From assembly GCA_963833985.1 (NCBI GenBank), contig CAWIAD010000001.1:160001-224000 (forward strand): 64,000 bases of DNA, given 5' to 3'. This DNA comes from an uncultured Planctomycetaceae bacterium. Lineage in GTDB: Bacteria; Planctomycetota; Planctomycetia; Isosphaerales; Isosphaeraceae. How positions within the stretch are numbered: the stretch's first letter is position 1; every line of letters begins with the position of its first letter. Positions 19,297 to 30,084 of the stretch are shown piece by piece. The notes under the pieces were generated by a model that was not told where the DNA came from, did no database searches, and saw only the letters and a list, made by a program, of their open reading frames with translations. The position numbers and the translations under genes are program-made.

Positions 19297-20682
19297 ATGA
19301 CCGTGCTGATGTTCCTGATGACCGTTCTGGGTGCCGCCGTCATCGGCATTCCAGCCCTGCTGGTGGTGGTCCTGGGCATCAGCTCGCTCACGGGAAGGCC
19401 GCTGGAGGAGCGTTCCACCACGGCGATCTTGCAGGCCGGTACGGTCACCGGCCTGCTCGCGGCGCTTGCGGTCCTCTTGCTCATGCTGGTGACGGGCATC
19501 AGGCACGTGCCGATCGGGCCGGGAGACTGGGTGGTCATCCCCGGGCAGTACCGCTTCTCGATCAAGTTCATCTTCGACCGGCTGTCGGTGCCGATGGCGA
19601 TCCTGTCGTTCACGCTTTCGGGAACTATCGGCGCATTCGCCAGTCGGTACATGCACCGTGACCCGGGCTACAATCGCTTCTTCATGCTCTATGCCCTGTT
19701 TGTGCTGGGCATGGTGGCGACCTCGCTGGCGGGGACCATCGAGACGCTGTTCGCCGGCTGGGAGCTGGTGGGGCTTTCCTCGGCGCTGCTGGTGGCGTTC
19801 TTCCAGGAACGCCAGGCACCGGCGCGGAACGGTCTCTGGATCTGGAGCGTGTACCGCATCTCCGACGCCGCGCTGCTGCTGGCGGCGGTGGCGATGCACC
19901 ACCTGCGCGGCGAGGGCGATTTCGACCGGTTGCTGGGGACCGGCCTCTGGCCCGAGATCGTTCCGAGCCTGGCCATGGACCACGCCCTGGTGGTGGGCTT
20001 GCTGGTGCTGCTGGCGGCCGCGGGCAAATCGGCCCTGGTGCCGTTCTCCGGCTGGCTGCCACGCGCCATGGAAGGTCCCACGCCTTCCAGCGCCATCTTT
20101 TACGGGGCACTCTCGGTGCACCTGGGGGCGTTCCTGCTCTTGCGGGTGAGCCCGCTCCTGGACAGTTCACCGGCGCTCGCCACGGCGGTCACCGTCGTGG
20201 GTCTCGTCACGGCCGGATTCGCGTATCTGGATGGCCGCGTGCAGACCGATATCAAGGCGGCGCTGTCGTTCGCGTCGCTGGCACAGGTGGGCATCATCGT
20301 GACGGAGATTGGCCTCGGGTTCCGCTACATCGCGCTTTTGCATCTGCTTGGCCACGCCTGCTTGCGGACGCTCCAGTTCGTCCGGGCTCCCACGCTCCTG
20401 CACGACTACCACTCCATGGAAAACGCCATCGGCGGACACCTGCCGCGGGAGGCCGCGTGGGACGGGCGAACTCACCGTGTTCGCGACTGGACCTACCGCC
20501 TGGCGCTCGAGCGGGGTTATCTTGACGCACTCTTGCGCGATTATATCGCTGGTCCGTTTGTGCGGTTGTTTCTCTGGTTCGACGTCATCGAGCGGCGCTG
20601 GACCGACTTCTTGACCGGACAGGCGTCGCGCGAGTCCGAGGAGCAGAAGCTGCACTTCGGCAGAATCGAGGAATTCACATGA
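19297..20682 (+). CDS. dabB: DabB, NuoL/ND5-like proton-conducting membrane subunit
   Basis: [43 protein letters not shown]; directly follows dabA. Confidence 0.88.
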   Translation: MTVLMFLMTVLGAAVIGIPALLVVVLGISSLTGRPLEERSTTAILQAGTVTGLLAALAVLLLMLVTGIRHVPIGPGDWVVIPGQYRFSIKFIFDRLSVPMAILSFTLSGTIGAFASRYMHRDPGYNRFFMLYALFVLGMVATSLAGTIETLFAGWELVGLSSALLVAFFQERQAPARNGLWIWSVYRISDAALLLAAVAMHHLRGEGDFDRLLGTGLWPEIVPSLAMDHALVVGLLVLLAAAGKSALVPFSGWLPRAMEGPTPSSAIFYGALSVHLGAFLLLRVSPLLDSSPALATAVTVVGLVTAGFAYLDGRVQTDIKAALSFASLAQVGIIVTEIGLGFRYIALLHLLGHACLRTLQFVRAPTLLHDYHSMENAIGGHLPREAAWDGRTHRVRDWTYRLALERGYLDALLRDYIAGPFVRLFLWFDVIERRWTDFLTGQASRESEEQKLHFGRIEEFT

Positions 20683-22160
20683 GATTCCTGGAGCTTCCCT
20701 GGCTGGAGCTGGCGATCGCACTGGCGCTGGTGGGCGCGCTCTGGGTGAGCCGGATCCGCGAGCCGTACCGGGCGGCGCGGTACGGACTGGGCTTCTCCGG
20801 GATCGTGTTCGCGTTCACCTTCCTGGCCTGGCTGGGCTACTATCTGGGCGACCGCGGGGGGGCGATCCACCATGCCGTGGCGACCCGGCTGGGCGGCAGC
20901 GATCTCTTCGGCCTGGACGAGCTGAGCGCACCACTGGTGCCTGCCCTGGCGCTCCTGCATTTCATGACGGCGCTGGCGACGCCCCGCACCAAGATGCGCC
21001 GGTTTTCCTTCTCGTGGTCGCTCGCTTCCGAGGCGTTGCGGCTGGCGATGTTCAGTTGCAAGGCTTCCTGGCTGCTGGTGGGCCTGCTGACGGTATGCAC
21101 GGTGCCAGCCTACGTCGAGCTCAGGAATCGCGGCCGGCCGGTGCGAGTTTACCTGCTGCACATGGGTCTGTTCGTGGTCTTGATGGTGCTGGGGTGGGCC
21201 GGCGTGAGCGCGGCCGCGAGCGCTGCCGGGGGCGTTCACGGCTCCCCGGCGCCAACCTGGGCGGTCGTCCTGCTGGCGGCCGCCATCCTGGTGCGGTGCG
21301 GCACGGTGCCGGCTCATTGCTGGGTCACCGACTGGTTCGAGCACACGTCGGTGGGCAACGGCTTGCTGTTTGTGACTCCGCTGGCTGGAGTCTACGCGGC
21401 GGTCCGCCTGGTCCTGCCCATCGCTCCGGACTGGGTGCTTCAGAGTATTGGCCTGATCTCGCTGGTCACGGCCGTCTACGCGGCCGGCATGTCGGTGATC
21501 CAGCGCGACAGCCGGCGGTTCTTCGCCAACCTGTTCTTGAGCCATGCCTCGCTGGTTCTGGTGGGGCTGGAGCTGCACACCGAGCTCTCGCTGACAGGCT
21601 CGCTCTGCCTCTGGTTCTCGGTGATCCTCTCGCTGGGAGGTTTTGGTCTGACCATTCGCGCCATGGAGGCGCGGTTCGGGCGGCTCTCGCTGGCGGAATA
21701 TCGCGGACTCTACCAGCATGCCCCGGCGCTGGCGGTCTGCTTTCTCTTGACCGGCCTGGCGTGTGTGGGTTTCCCGGGCACGCTCGGGTTCATCTCGACC
21801 GAACTGCTGGTGGACAGTGCCGTGGAGGTCAGTCCGTATGTCGGCATCGCCGTGGTGCTGGCGGCCGCGCTCAACGGGATTGCGGTGGTCCGAGCCTATC
21901 TGCGTCTCTTCACCGGCGCACGGCATCATTCGACCGTTTCGCTGAAGCTCGGCCCGCGCGAACGGATCGCGGTGCTGACGTTCTCGGCGCTCATCCTGGG
22001 CGGCGGCCTGTTTCCCCAGCCCGGAGTGGCCACGCGGCACCAGGCGGCCGCGGCGATCCTGGCCGAGCGAGAGCACGGGCCGCGGCTCGCCAGACGCGAA
22101 GTCGATCCCGGGCCACTCGAGCGGCCAGCCGGCGAACTACCGCCCTTACCACGGCGCTGA
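20679..22160 (+). CDS. Second proton-antiporter-like (NuoM-like) membrane subunit
   Basis: Multi-TM; VPAHCW, GLY...P.LA..FL..GLA.VGFPGT.GF..E; ATGA overlap with dabB. Confidence 0.85.
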   Translation: MRFLELPWLELAIALALVGALWVSRIREPYRAARYGLGFSGIVFAFTFLAWLGYYLGDRGGAIHHAVATRLGGSDLFGLDELSAPLVPALALLHFMTALATPRTKMRRFSFSWSLASEALRLAMFSCKASWLLVGLLTVCTVPAYVELRNRGRPVRVYLLHMGLFVVLMVLGWAGVSAAASAAGGVHGSPAPTWAVVLLAAAILVRCGTVPAHCWVTDWFEHTSVGNGLLFVTPLAGVYAAVRLVLPIAPDWVLQSIGLISLVTAVYAAGMSVIQRDSRRFFANLFLSHASLVLVGLELHTELSLTGSLCLWFSVILSLGGFGLTIRAMEARFGRLSLAEYRGLYQHAPALAVCFLLTGLACVGFPGTLGFISTELLVDSAVEVSPYVGIAVVLAAALNGIAVVRAYLRLFTGARHHSTVSLKLGPRERIAVLTFSALILGGGLFPQPGVATRHQAAAAILAEREHGPRLARREVDPGPLERPAGELPPLPRR

Positions 22161-22345
22161 CGAGCCCGGGAGCGCGTCTCTCTTCTGGTCTCCTGGCTCG
22201 TGCGCGAGAGCAGAGTTGACCCGTCCGGCGCATCGGTTTAGACTCGATCGGTCCATCATCATAGCTCGGAAGCATTGCATTGGCCGCGTAAGGCCAGCTG
22301 TCGCGGCACCAAGAACGCGTGCTCGATCGACTTACTGAGAACTGA

Positions 22346-22708
22346 ATGAAATCGACGATCGTCCTCCTCACCGGTCTGCTCATCGCACATGCGCCGTGCG
22401 CGTGCTTCCGGGCGATCTGCTCGCACGATGCCCGATTGCTTGAACCTGCAAATGCCCAACCTTTAAGCGTGCTCATTCATTCGCCTTCTCGCCCTTCACG
22501 GCCCGGCTCCACGACGCGGGATGAGATCCTGGATTCTCTTGCTTCCGAAGAAGCAGAGGATGACTGTCAGGAACTTGACGACCGCGGGGCAGCACAGTTC
22601 GCACCGCTGCCCAGGTTCCCCCAGTTGCAGATGAGCCTGCCCGCGCCGCACAGCCGTGCGGAGTTAACGCGCTTTGTGCGTGACTCCGCGGCACACATGA
22701 GGTGCTGA
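22346..22708 (+). CDS. Hypothetical small exported protein ending in HMRC
   Basis: 120 aa; signal-like N-terminus with CxC...C; acidic middle. Confidence 0.5.
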   Translation: MKSTIVLLTGLLIAHAPCACFRAICSHDARLLEPANAQPLSVLIHSPSRPSRPGSTTRDEILDSLASEEAEDDCQELDDRGAAQFAPLPRFPQLQMSLPAPHSRAELTRFVRDSAAHMRC

Positions 22709-23053
22709 TGGGCGCTGGCTGCTGGCTCGTCGTCGGTGCCGAGCTTCTGGGCGGGCCCGTGCATTTCTAATCGCGCTGGAATGCTCGCTCCGACCGCGAG
22801 TCTCAGGAGCGAGACGCCGGCAGGGACTTCCAGACGCTCAAGGGTTGCCACTGGCGCCCGCGCCGCTGAGGATTCGCCGCTTGCCTGGCTGGCAGCCGGA
22901 CGTGAACCTGAGCCCTTTCGTGCACGGCCGCGCACGGGGCAACCCGCGGTCTGCGGATCCGCAGCAGGATCCACGACGACGCAGCATTTCGATCCGGATT
23001 CCTGATTCAAGAGTTGGCCTTCGTGGCTTTCGAGCTCCAAGGAGTACGCCTTG

Positions 23054-24607
23054 ATGTGTAAAACCTGCTTGTCCAGGGTCGCCCTCATGGCCGGGATGGC
23101 CCTGTCTGTGGTCTGCGTGCCAGTGCTGGCCGATGAGCTGCGGGGCACCGTGAAATCGATCGACGCCGGGAACGGGCAAATGGTGGTTCATGACGAACAG
23201 GCCCAGCGTGAAGTGGTCGTGAGCGTGAACCAGTTCACCACGCTGAAGGCCGACGATCCGAGCCTGAAGTCGTTCAGGGACCTGAAGCCCGGCGCTCACG
23301 TCGCGATCCTGGATACGGTGACGGCCTCGAAGGTCACTGTTCAGGATAGCCGTCTCAAGCCCACGGACAACGGGGAGAGCCGGTCGATCCTCGCCGAGTT
23401 CTGGCACAACTTCCGGCACAACCTGTTCAAGCCCCTCTTGCTGTTCTTCTACCTGGGCTTCCTGGTGCCGATTCTGAAGGTGCATTTCGAGTTCCCGTAC
23501 GTGATGTACCAGGCACTCACCATCTATCTGCTGATCGCCATCGGCTGGCATGGAGGTGAGGAGCTGGCCCACCTGGAGGCCGGCAACATCCGCTCGATCG
23601 TCGGCTTCATGTTCGTCGGCTTCTGCACCAACATGGTCATCGGCGTGCTCGCGTACACCATCCTGAGGGCGACGACCCGGATGCGGCGGATCGATCAGGC
23701 CACCGTCGCAGGCTACTACGGATCGGATTCCGCGGGCACGTTCGTGACGGCTCTTGGCGTGCTGACGACGGCGCACGTTCGCTATGGCGCGTACATGCCC
23801 GTCATGCTGGCGGTCATGGAGATTCCCGGCTGCCTGGTGGCGCTCTTCCTGGTGGCCCGGCTTCGCAACAAGGGCATGGACTCGCTGGGCAACATGGCCG
23901 ACGAGCCGGGCTACGACCCGGTGGCGGCCCGACCGGCGATGCAGGCAGGGCAGGCGGGCCACCACGCCGAGACCAAGCAGGAGATCGCGGTGGAGTCCGA
24001 GCTGGAGATGGCGCTCGAGAAGATGGAACATCCGGACTTCGACGGAAATGGTGACGGCCGGCCGAAGCGCCCCATGCTGAGCGGCAAACTCCTGCACGAG
24101 GTGTTCCTGAACACCGGGCTCTACCTGCTCTTCGGCGGCATCATCATCGGACTGATCAGCGGCTTGCAGGGGCAGGAAGTGACCCGTGCGGACGATAGCT
24201 TCTTCGTGACGCTGTTCCAGGGGGTGCTCTGCCTGTTCCTGCTCGAGATGGGGATGACCGCTTCCCGCAAGCTCAAGGACCTCAGCGCCGCGGGCTGGAA
24301 ATTCGTCGTCTTCGGTCTGTTGGCGCCGAACCTCTTCGCGACACTGGGTATCCTCGTGGCGCACACCTATTCGTGGCTCACGGCCTCTCCATTCGAGCTC
24401 GGCACCTACGTGCTCTTCTCGGTTCTCTGCGCGGCTGCATCCTACATCGCGGTGCCAGCGGTGCAACGGCTGGCCATCCCGGAGGCAAGCCCGACGCTGC
24501 CCCTGGCGGCATCTCTGGGGTTGACCTTCTCCTACAACGTGACCATCGGTATCCCCGTCTACATGGAGATCGCCAGGGCGGTGATGCGGAATTTTCCGGT
24601 CGCCTGA
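23054..24607 (+). CDS. sbtA: SbtA-family Na+-dependent bicarbonate transporter with N-terminal signal peptide and soluble domain
   Basis: P.LLFF.LG, LTIYLLIAIG..GG.EL, YYGSDSAGTF, FLLEMG, AASYIAVPA, SLGLTF..N..IGIP. Confidence 0.88.
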   Translation: MCKTCLSRVALMAGMALSVVCVPVLADELRGTVKSIDAGNGQMVVHDEQAQREVVVSVNQFTTLKADDPSLKSFRDLKPGAHVAILDTVTASKVTVQDSRLKPTDNGESRSILAEFWHNFRHNLFKPLLLFFYLGFLVPILKVHFEFPYVMYQALTIYLLIAIGWHGGEELAHLEAGNIRSIVGFMFVGFCTNMVIGVLAYTILRATTRMRRIDQATVAGYYGSDSAGTFVTALGVLTTAHVRYGAYMPVMLAVMEIPGCLVALFLVARLRNKGMDSLGNMADEPGYDPVAARPAMQAGQAGHHAETKQEIAVESELEMALEKMEHPDFDGNGDGRPKRPMLSGKLLHEVFLNTGLYLLFGGIIIGLISGLQGQEVTRADDSFFVTLFQGVLCLFLLEMGMTASRKLKDLSAAGWKFVVFGLLAPNLFATLGILVAHTYSWLTASPFELGTYVLFSVLCAAASYIAVPAVQRLAIPEASPTLPLAASLGLTFSYNVTIGIPVYMEIARAVMRNFPVA

Positions 24608-24707
24608 GACGAATCTCCCCCCATGGGCCGTCTTTCCCGGCGAGGCAGTTCATCGTGGTTGAAAACTGGCTTGAGCAGCGCAGCCGTATTGCGGATACTT
24701 GAGCCCC

Positions 24708-25682
24708 ATGAACGCAATCGCCCCTCCGCTGGCTCATTCCATCCTCGAGGTCATCGGCCGCACGCCCCTTGTGGAGCTTTCGCGCAGTGTGGCCGTGCGC
24801 GGGCTCTCCGGCCGGTTGCTGGCGAAGCTGGAATTCTTCAGCCCCGGCGGCAGCAAGAAGGACCGCATCGCGCTGGAGATCCTGCGCGAGGCCCGCGAGT
24901 CGGGCGCGTTGCAGCCCGGTCAGACCGTCGTCGAGCTGACCAGCGGCAACACCGGAACCGGCCTGGCCATCGTCTGCCGGGCCATGGGCCATCCGTTCGT
25001 GGCCCTCATCTCGCGCGGTAACTCGATCGAGCGGGTGCGGCAGATGGAGGCGTTTGGAGCCGAAGTCATCGTCGTCGACCAGGCCGAGGGCGCCGTGGAC
25101 GGACAGGTCTCGGGCGAGGACCTGGCGCTCGTCGAGCACCGCGCCGCGGAGATCGTCTCCAGCCGGGGCGCCTTCCGGGTGGACCAGTTTCGCCGCCAGG
25201 CCAACATCACGGCCCACGAGCGGCACACCGGACCGGAGCTCTGGGCCCAGGCCGAGGGTCAGGTCGACGTCTACGTGGACATGGTGGGGACCTCGGGCTC
25301 TTTCACCGGTGTGGCCCGGGCCCTGCGCCGGTTCAATCCCTCCATCCGCACCTATGCCGTGGAACCGGCAGGCGCGGCGGTGCTGGCCGGCCGCAGCGTG
25401 AGCGACCCCCGCCACCGCATCCAGGGGGCCGGCTATGCGCGTGCCGACCTCGAACTCTTCGACGGCAGCCTGGCCACGGGCTTCGTGAGCGTGACCGATG
25501 AGCAGGCCATCGCCGCGGCGCGCCACCTGGCGGCCGAGGAGGGGATCTTCGCCGGGTTCTCCACCGGGGCCCATCTGGCCGCGGCGTGGAAGCTGCTTGC
25601 CGAATGTGAGGCCGGTGCCACCATCGCGTTTCTTGCCTGCGACAGCGGGCTGAAGTATCTGAGCACGGATCTTTTCGTCTGA
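24708..25682 (+). CDS. PLP-dependent cysteine synthase family protein
   Basis: IGRTPLV, KLEFFSPGGSKKDR (PLP Lys), TSGNTG, VGTSGS, IQGAG, DSGLKYLS. Confidence 0.9.
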   Translation: MNAIAPPLAHSILEVIGRTPLVELSRSVAVRGLSGRLLAKLEFFSPGGSKKDRIALEILREARESGALQPGQTVVELTSGNTGTGLAIVCRAMGHPFVALISRGNSIERVRQMEAFGAEVIVVDQAEGAVDGQVSGEDLALVEHRAAEIVSSRGAFRVDQFRRQANITAHERHTGPELWAQAEGQVDVYVDMVGTSGSFTGVARALRRFNPSIRTYAVEPAGAAVLAGRSVSDPRHRIQGAGYARADLELFDGSLATGFVSVTDEQAIAAARHLAAEEGIFAGFSTGAHLAAAWKLLAECEAGATIAFLACDSGLKYLSTDLFV

Positions 25683-25799
25683 TCGCAGCCCCCCCTTCAG
25701 ACGGGAAGGCTGGCGCCGCGGCAACGCGGCCGCCGGTGAACGAAACGGAGGTCGTCTCCGTGCCATTTCCCGATCGCTCGCCAGCGGGAGCCCCTTGCC

Positions 25800-26222
<423 letters not shown>

Positions 26223-26472
26223 GAGCAACAAGCGGGTGCCACATTTCGGGCCAGACCTGCTTGGTTTCGGAAGCAACCGGACCTCAGCCGGGCCGGGCGA
26301 CTTTTGTCGAGTTTGCGCGCTTGAGCACGCGTCTCTGCGTTGATTCTGGTACAGCCAGCGAGCACGCGAGGACCCAGGCACCGACGGACCGCGGCGCGCC
26401 GCGTTGTGCCGGGCCGATTCTCGGCTGCTCCTGGCAACCGATCACCGCACCATGAGCCCTGGAGACCTTGAG

Positions 26473-27282
26473 ATGAAACTTTGGAGTAGAGCGCTGTCGG
26501 ATCTGCTCGCCAGCCACCGCGGCTTGCGGTCTCCCGAGCCTCGGGGCCCCCGGCGCATCGGCCTGCTGTGCGACGCGCTCGAGGATCGCGTGACGCCATC
26601 GCACCTCGGTGCCCTGCACGAGCTGGCGGCCGCAGTGCAGGTCCACCGCCAGCCCGAGTCGCCGGGCATCGGGGCTGCCGGCCGAGCAACGGTCTCGGTG
26701 CGCACCATCATTGGCTCAGCCAATGTGCCTCGCGGCGTGCTCGGGCACACGACTGCTCCGGTCAGCACCTCCGGATTATATGGTCACGGCCGGACGGCGC
26801 AGAACCCGGCGCTTCAGTCGGCCCTGCAAACTCTCCGAAGCGACGTCCAGAAGATCGAGCTGGCCTCGGGCACGACGGTCGGAGAGCTGACCACGCTCCG
26901 CGCGGCCATGCAGACGCTGGCCGGCGACGGACTGTCGCCCACGAGCTACTCGGCGCTTCAGTCCTTTGAAAACAGCCTGGTAACGATCAACGCCAGTGCA
27001 CCGGGCTCACTCACCGGAAACCTGACCCTGCTTCAGCAGTTCCAGGCGCTTTACACCAGCTCGCCGACGACGCAAGAGACCACGGACCTTTCCTCAGCTT
27101 ACAACGCCCTTGCGGCCGCGGTCACCTCGGCCGGCGTCACGTCCGCGGACATCGAGACCATCAACGCGGATTGGTCGGCCGTGCTCGCTGCCTCCAGCAG
27201 TACCAGCACCGCAAGCTATCCTTACTTCGCGCTGGTGACCGGTCAGGGCGCCGGCGTCTGCATCAGCACCGTGAGCCTCTGA
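26473..27282 (+). CDS. Secreted hypothetical protein with planctomycete LExR-type leader
   Basis: RRIGLLCDALEDRVTPS leader; Ser/Thr/Ala-rich helical body. Confidence 0.65.
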   Translation: MKLWSRALSDLLASHRGLRSPEPRGPRRIGLLCDALEDRVTPSHLGALHELAAAVQVHRQPESPGIGAAGRATVSVRTIIGSANVPRGVLGHTTAPVSTSGLYGHGRTAQNPALQSALQTLRSDVQKIELASGTTVGELTTLRAAMQTLAGDGLSPTSYSALQSFENSLVTINASAPGSLTGNLTLLQQFQALYTSSPTTQETTDLSSAYNALAAAVTSAGVTSADIETINADWSAVLAASSSTSTASYPYFALVTGQGAGVCISTVSL

Positions 27283-27308
27283 TCTCTCGATCACGGACGA
27301 TTCCTGCT

Positions 27309-27340
27309 CTCTGCCGCACCTCTGCCGCACCTCTGCCGCC
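27309..27340. repeat. 11 bp tandem repeat (CTCTGCCGCAC x~3)
   Basis: Seen directly in the intergenic region upstream of the S53 gene. Confidence 0.8.
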
Positions 27341-27481
27341 TCCCTGCCGAAAACGCACCCTTCCCGCTCGACTCTGTAGAAACCAGAGTGGATCTCCGGT
27401 ATGGTACCTGGACTCCTCTCCTCGGTCGCTTTCCGGAACGCGTTCAACATCATCGAACTTCAACCCCGGGGCACCTGTACC

Positions 27482-28796
27482 ATGTCGCGCGCTCGACGGC
27501 CGTCCGGTCATGTCTCCACTGAACCCATCGAAACACTCGAGGGGAGGCTGCTTCTGAGTACGCTCCCTTCCCATTCATCGCCAAGGTTGCACGCGCCGAC
27601 GCTCGTGGCCGCCAGGGCCGAGGGCGTGCCGCATCGAACCGCGGCCCCCATGAACCTGAACCCCGCGCTCGTTGCCCAGCCTTTGCTCATCCGCCGTGTG
27701 CTGGCCCAGCCACAGAGCGGGCACCGGGCCGTGTCTCCGCTGGCGGCCAGCGCGCCACTCACTCCCGCGGAGATCCGCAACATCTACTCGTTCAACCAGA
27801 TCAGCAACCTGGGCCAGGGCCAGACGATCGCCGTGGTGGAGGCGTTCGATGACCCCAACATTTTCAGTGACGTGAATACGTTCGATCAGAAATACGCGCC
27901 GACGCTGAGCGGGGGCGCCTCGTACTACAGCCTGTACGGCGACAGCAGCACCTGGTTGACGAAGATGTATCCCTCCGGAACGCAACCGACCGGCAACAAG
28001 AACTGGGGCCTGGAGATGTCTCTCGATGTCGAATGGATGCACGCGATCGCGCCCGAGCGCACATCCTGCTGATCGAGGCCAAATCCGCGAGCAACGCGAA
28101 CCTCTTCGCGGCGGACAAGTACGCGGCCAGCCAGGGAGCCACGGTCATCTCCAATAGCTGGGGGCTCAAGGAGATCTCCACCGAGACCACGTACGACAGC
28201 GACCTCAGCACCCCCGGAGTGACTTATGTTTTCGCCGCGGGAGACAGCGGCAACCAGCTCTACGCCTCCACATCACCCCATGTGCTCTCCGTCGGCGGGA
28301 CGAAGGTGGCGTTTGACAGCAATTACAACTGGACCGGCGAGGCCGGCTGGCCGCTGGGCGGAGGGGGTACGAGTCTTTACGAGGCAAAGCCGGCTTTTCA
28401 GTCCGGCCTGCCGTACACGACCAGAGCCACTCCGGACGTCTCCTACAACGCGGCGCTCTTCCCCGGAGTCTCCATCTACGACTCGTACAAGACGGTCTCC
28501 CCCTGGCAGGCGGTCGGCGGCACCAGTGAGGCGCTCCGCAGTGGTCCGCGCTGCTGGCCCTGGCCAACCAGGGGCGCATCGCTGCTCACAAGTCGGTGCT
28601 CGACGGCACGACCCAGACGCTCCCCGCCATCTACGCCATGACCACCGGCACCGATGGCACGGAGCAGCTTTACGACGTGACGACGGGCAAGAACAAGGAA
28701 GGCTACGCCGGGCCTGGATACGACCTGGTCACCGGCATGGGAACTCCGCGGCGCAGCGACCTGGTGTACCAGGCGCTCGTCAATTACGGGTCCTAG
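27482..28796 (+). CDS. S53 (sedolisin) family serine peptidase, two frameshifts (~28055, ~28530)
   Basis: LEGRLLLS leader; EMSLDVEW, SNSWG, AAGDSG, VGGTS, GYDLVTGMGTP spread over three frames. Confidence 0.85.
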
Positions 28797-28835
28797 CCTT
28801 GGCCTTAACCGGCTCCGACCCCGCGACGCGGTCGA

Positions 28836-29399
28836 TCACGGCAGTAGATCCGCAACAGCGATCCGGCCGACTTCCCGCCCGTCGATCACGACCGGGACAT
28901 CGTCCCCAGGGCGATAGTCCAGCCTCGATCGATAGGCGCCGGCTGGATCGGGATCGGTGTAAACCTCGAGCTGCCGCCTGGGGAAGTTGACGATCCAGTA
29001 TGCAGGGATTCCGCCAGGCCCGTAAACGCGAGCTAGTCTACGGTCCTCGGCGGCCGTGGTGCGTGTGACCTCCACGACCAGCGCGACGTCAGCGGCCCCG
29101 GGGTGGCGACTGGTGTAATCGTCGATCGACCCCCGAACGACGGAAACATCGGGCTCCGGCTCGCTGCGCCGGTTGGGGATACGCACAGGGTCTTCCTTTC
29201 GCGCATGCCAGCCGGGAGGTAGCACTCGCTCGACTGCTCGTAAGGTGCGCTGCACGGTGACACAGAGCACCGGTTCTTTCCTGTCCTTCTCCACGATGCG
29301 GCCTTCGATCAGCTCGAAGCGGTTGGTTTCGGGAAGTATCCCGTTCTCCACCATCACCTCGTACTGATCGACGGCGAGTCGTTTCGTGGTCGTGCTCAT
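28836..29399 (-). CDS. Uma2 (DUF820) family endonuclease-fold protein
   Basis: RFELIEG, SEPEPDVSVV, LVVEV, GIPAYWIVN. Confidence 0.88.
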   Translation of the reverse strand: MSTTTKRLAVDQYEVMVENGILPETNRFELIEGRIVEKDRKEPVLCVTVQRTLRAVERVLPPGWHARKEDPVRIPNRRSEPEPDVSVVRGSIDDYTSRHPGAADVALVVEVTRTTAAEDRRLARVYGPGGIPAYWIVNFPRRQLEVYTDPDPAGAYRSRLDYRPGDDVPVVIDGREVGRIAVADLLP

Positions 29400-29608
29400 G
29401 GCGTGCGCTCCGGAGGCTGCTCGAACCCTGCGTGCTGCGCGTGACTCGACAAGGCCCGGTCGATGAGCGCGGCGAGTGTGACTCGCTCAAAGCTGGCGAA
29501 CCGTCCCAGCCAGTCCGCGTATTCCCGCCGCATCTTCAACGCCCTGGTTGTCATCTCATCCGGGCTTGGCTTGTGAGCTGCTTTCTTGGCCTTCGTCGCG
29601 CCGCCCAT
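29396..29608 (-). CDS. Small ribbon-helix-helix-like DNA-binding protein
   Basis: TRALKMRREYADWL..FA....TLAALIDRAL; ATGA coupling to the Uma2 gene. Confidence 0.6.
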   Translation of the reverse strand: MGGATKAKKAAHKPSPDEMTTRALKMRREYADWLGRFASFERVTLAALIDRALSSHAQHAGFEQPPERTP

Positions 29609-29701
29609 AGGTTCACTCTCCGCTCCCACCCGATGCCAGCCTGGTATCACCCCGCGGCCGCCTGTATGCCTGCTGGTATCCTAAATAGAAGCTTGGAAAC
29701 G

Positions 29702-29764
29702 GGAAAGTGTGGCCCAGCCGCCCTCGGCTGGGAACGACAGCCGAGGGCGGCTGTCCCACTTTCC
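29702..29764. repeat. REP-like inverted repeat (CAGCCGCCCTCGGCTG core)
   Basis: ggaaagtg...cagccgccctcggctg-N7-cagccgagggcggctg...cactttcc. Confidence 0.8.
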
Positions 29765-29918
29765 AGGTGGTGTGAGCCTATTTAGACACCACAGGCACAA
29801 AACGCAACCCATGGTAAAATCATGTTAATATCTAGTGTGTACCGAGTTTATACTTTACTCGTCGGTCGAACGGTTCGACCGGACGCCGCCGGGTGTATCC
29901 GACCCGGCCGAAGGGTGC

Positions 29919-30071
29919 CACTATTTGAGACGAGGGTCGTGGAGAAATCGGGAGGAGTTCATCGCCCCTATTGCCACCTCGTGGCCGGAGTGCAACAAGC
30001 GCTACTCCCATCCTGTCGAATGGACGTCGACGAATCAAAAGATGCGCCGATGGTTCGCTGAACATGCTTGA
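29919..30071 (+). mobile_element. IS630-family transposase C-terminal remnant
   Basis: HYLRRGSWRNREEFI....PECNKRYSHPVEWTSTNQKMRRWF resembles the IS630 C-terminal LRRGSF...YN...HPF.WT pattern; no DDE core present. Confidence 0.55.
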
Positions 30072-30084
30072 TGAATTTCGGGCA

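Noticed and set aside
19297..22160. Respiratory complex I (nuoL/nuoM) operon
   Set aside because: No other nuo genes; the context with DUF2309 indicates a DAB-type pump.
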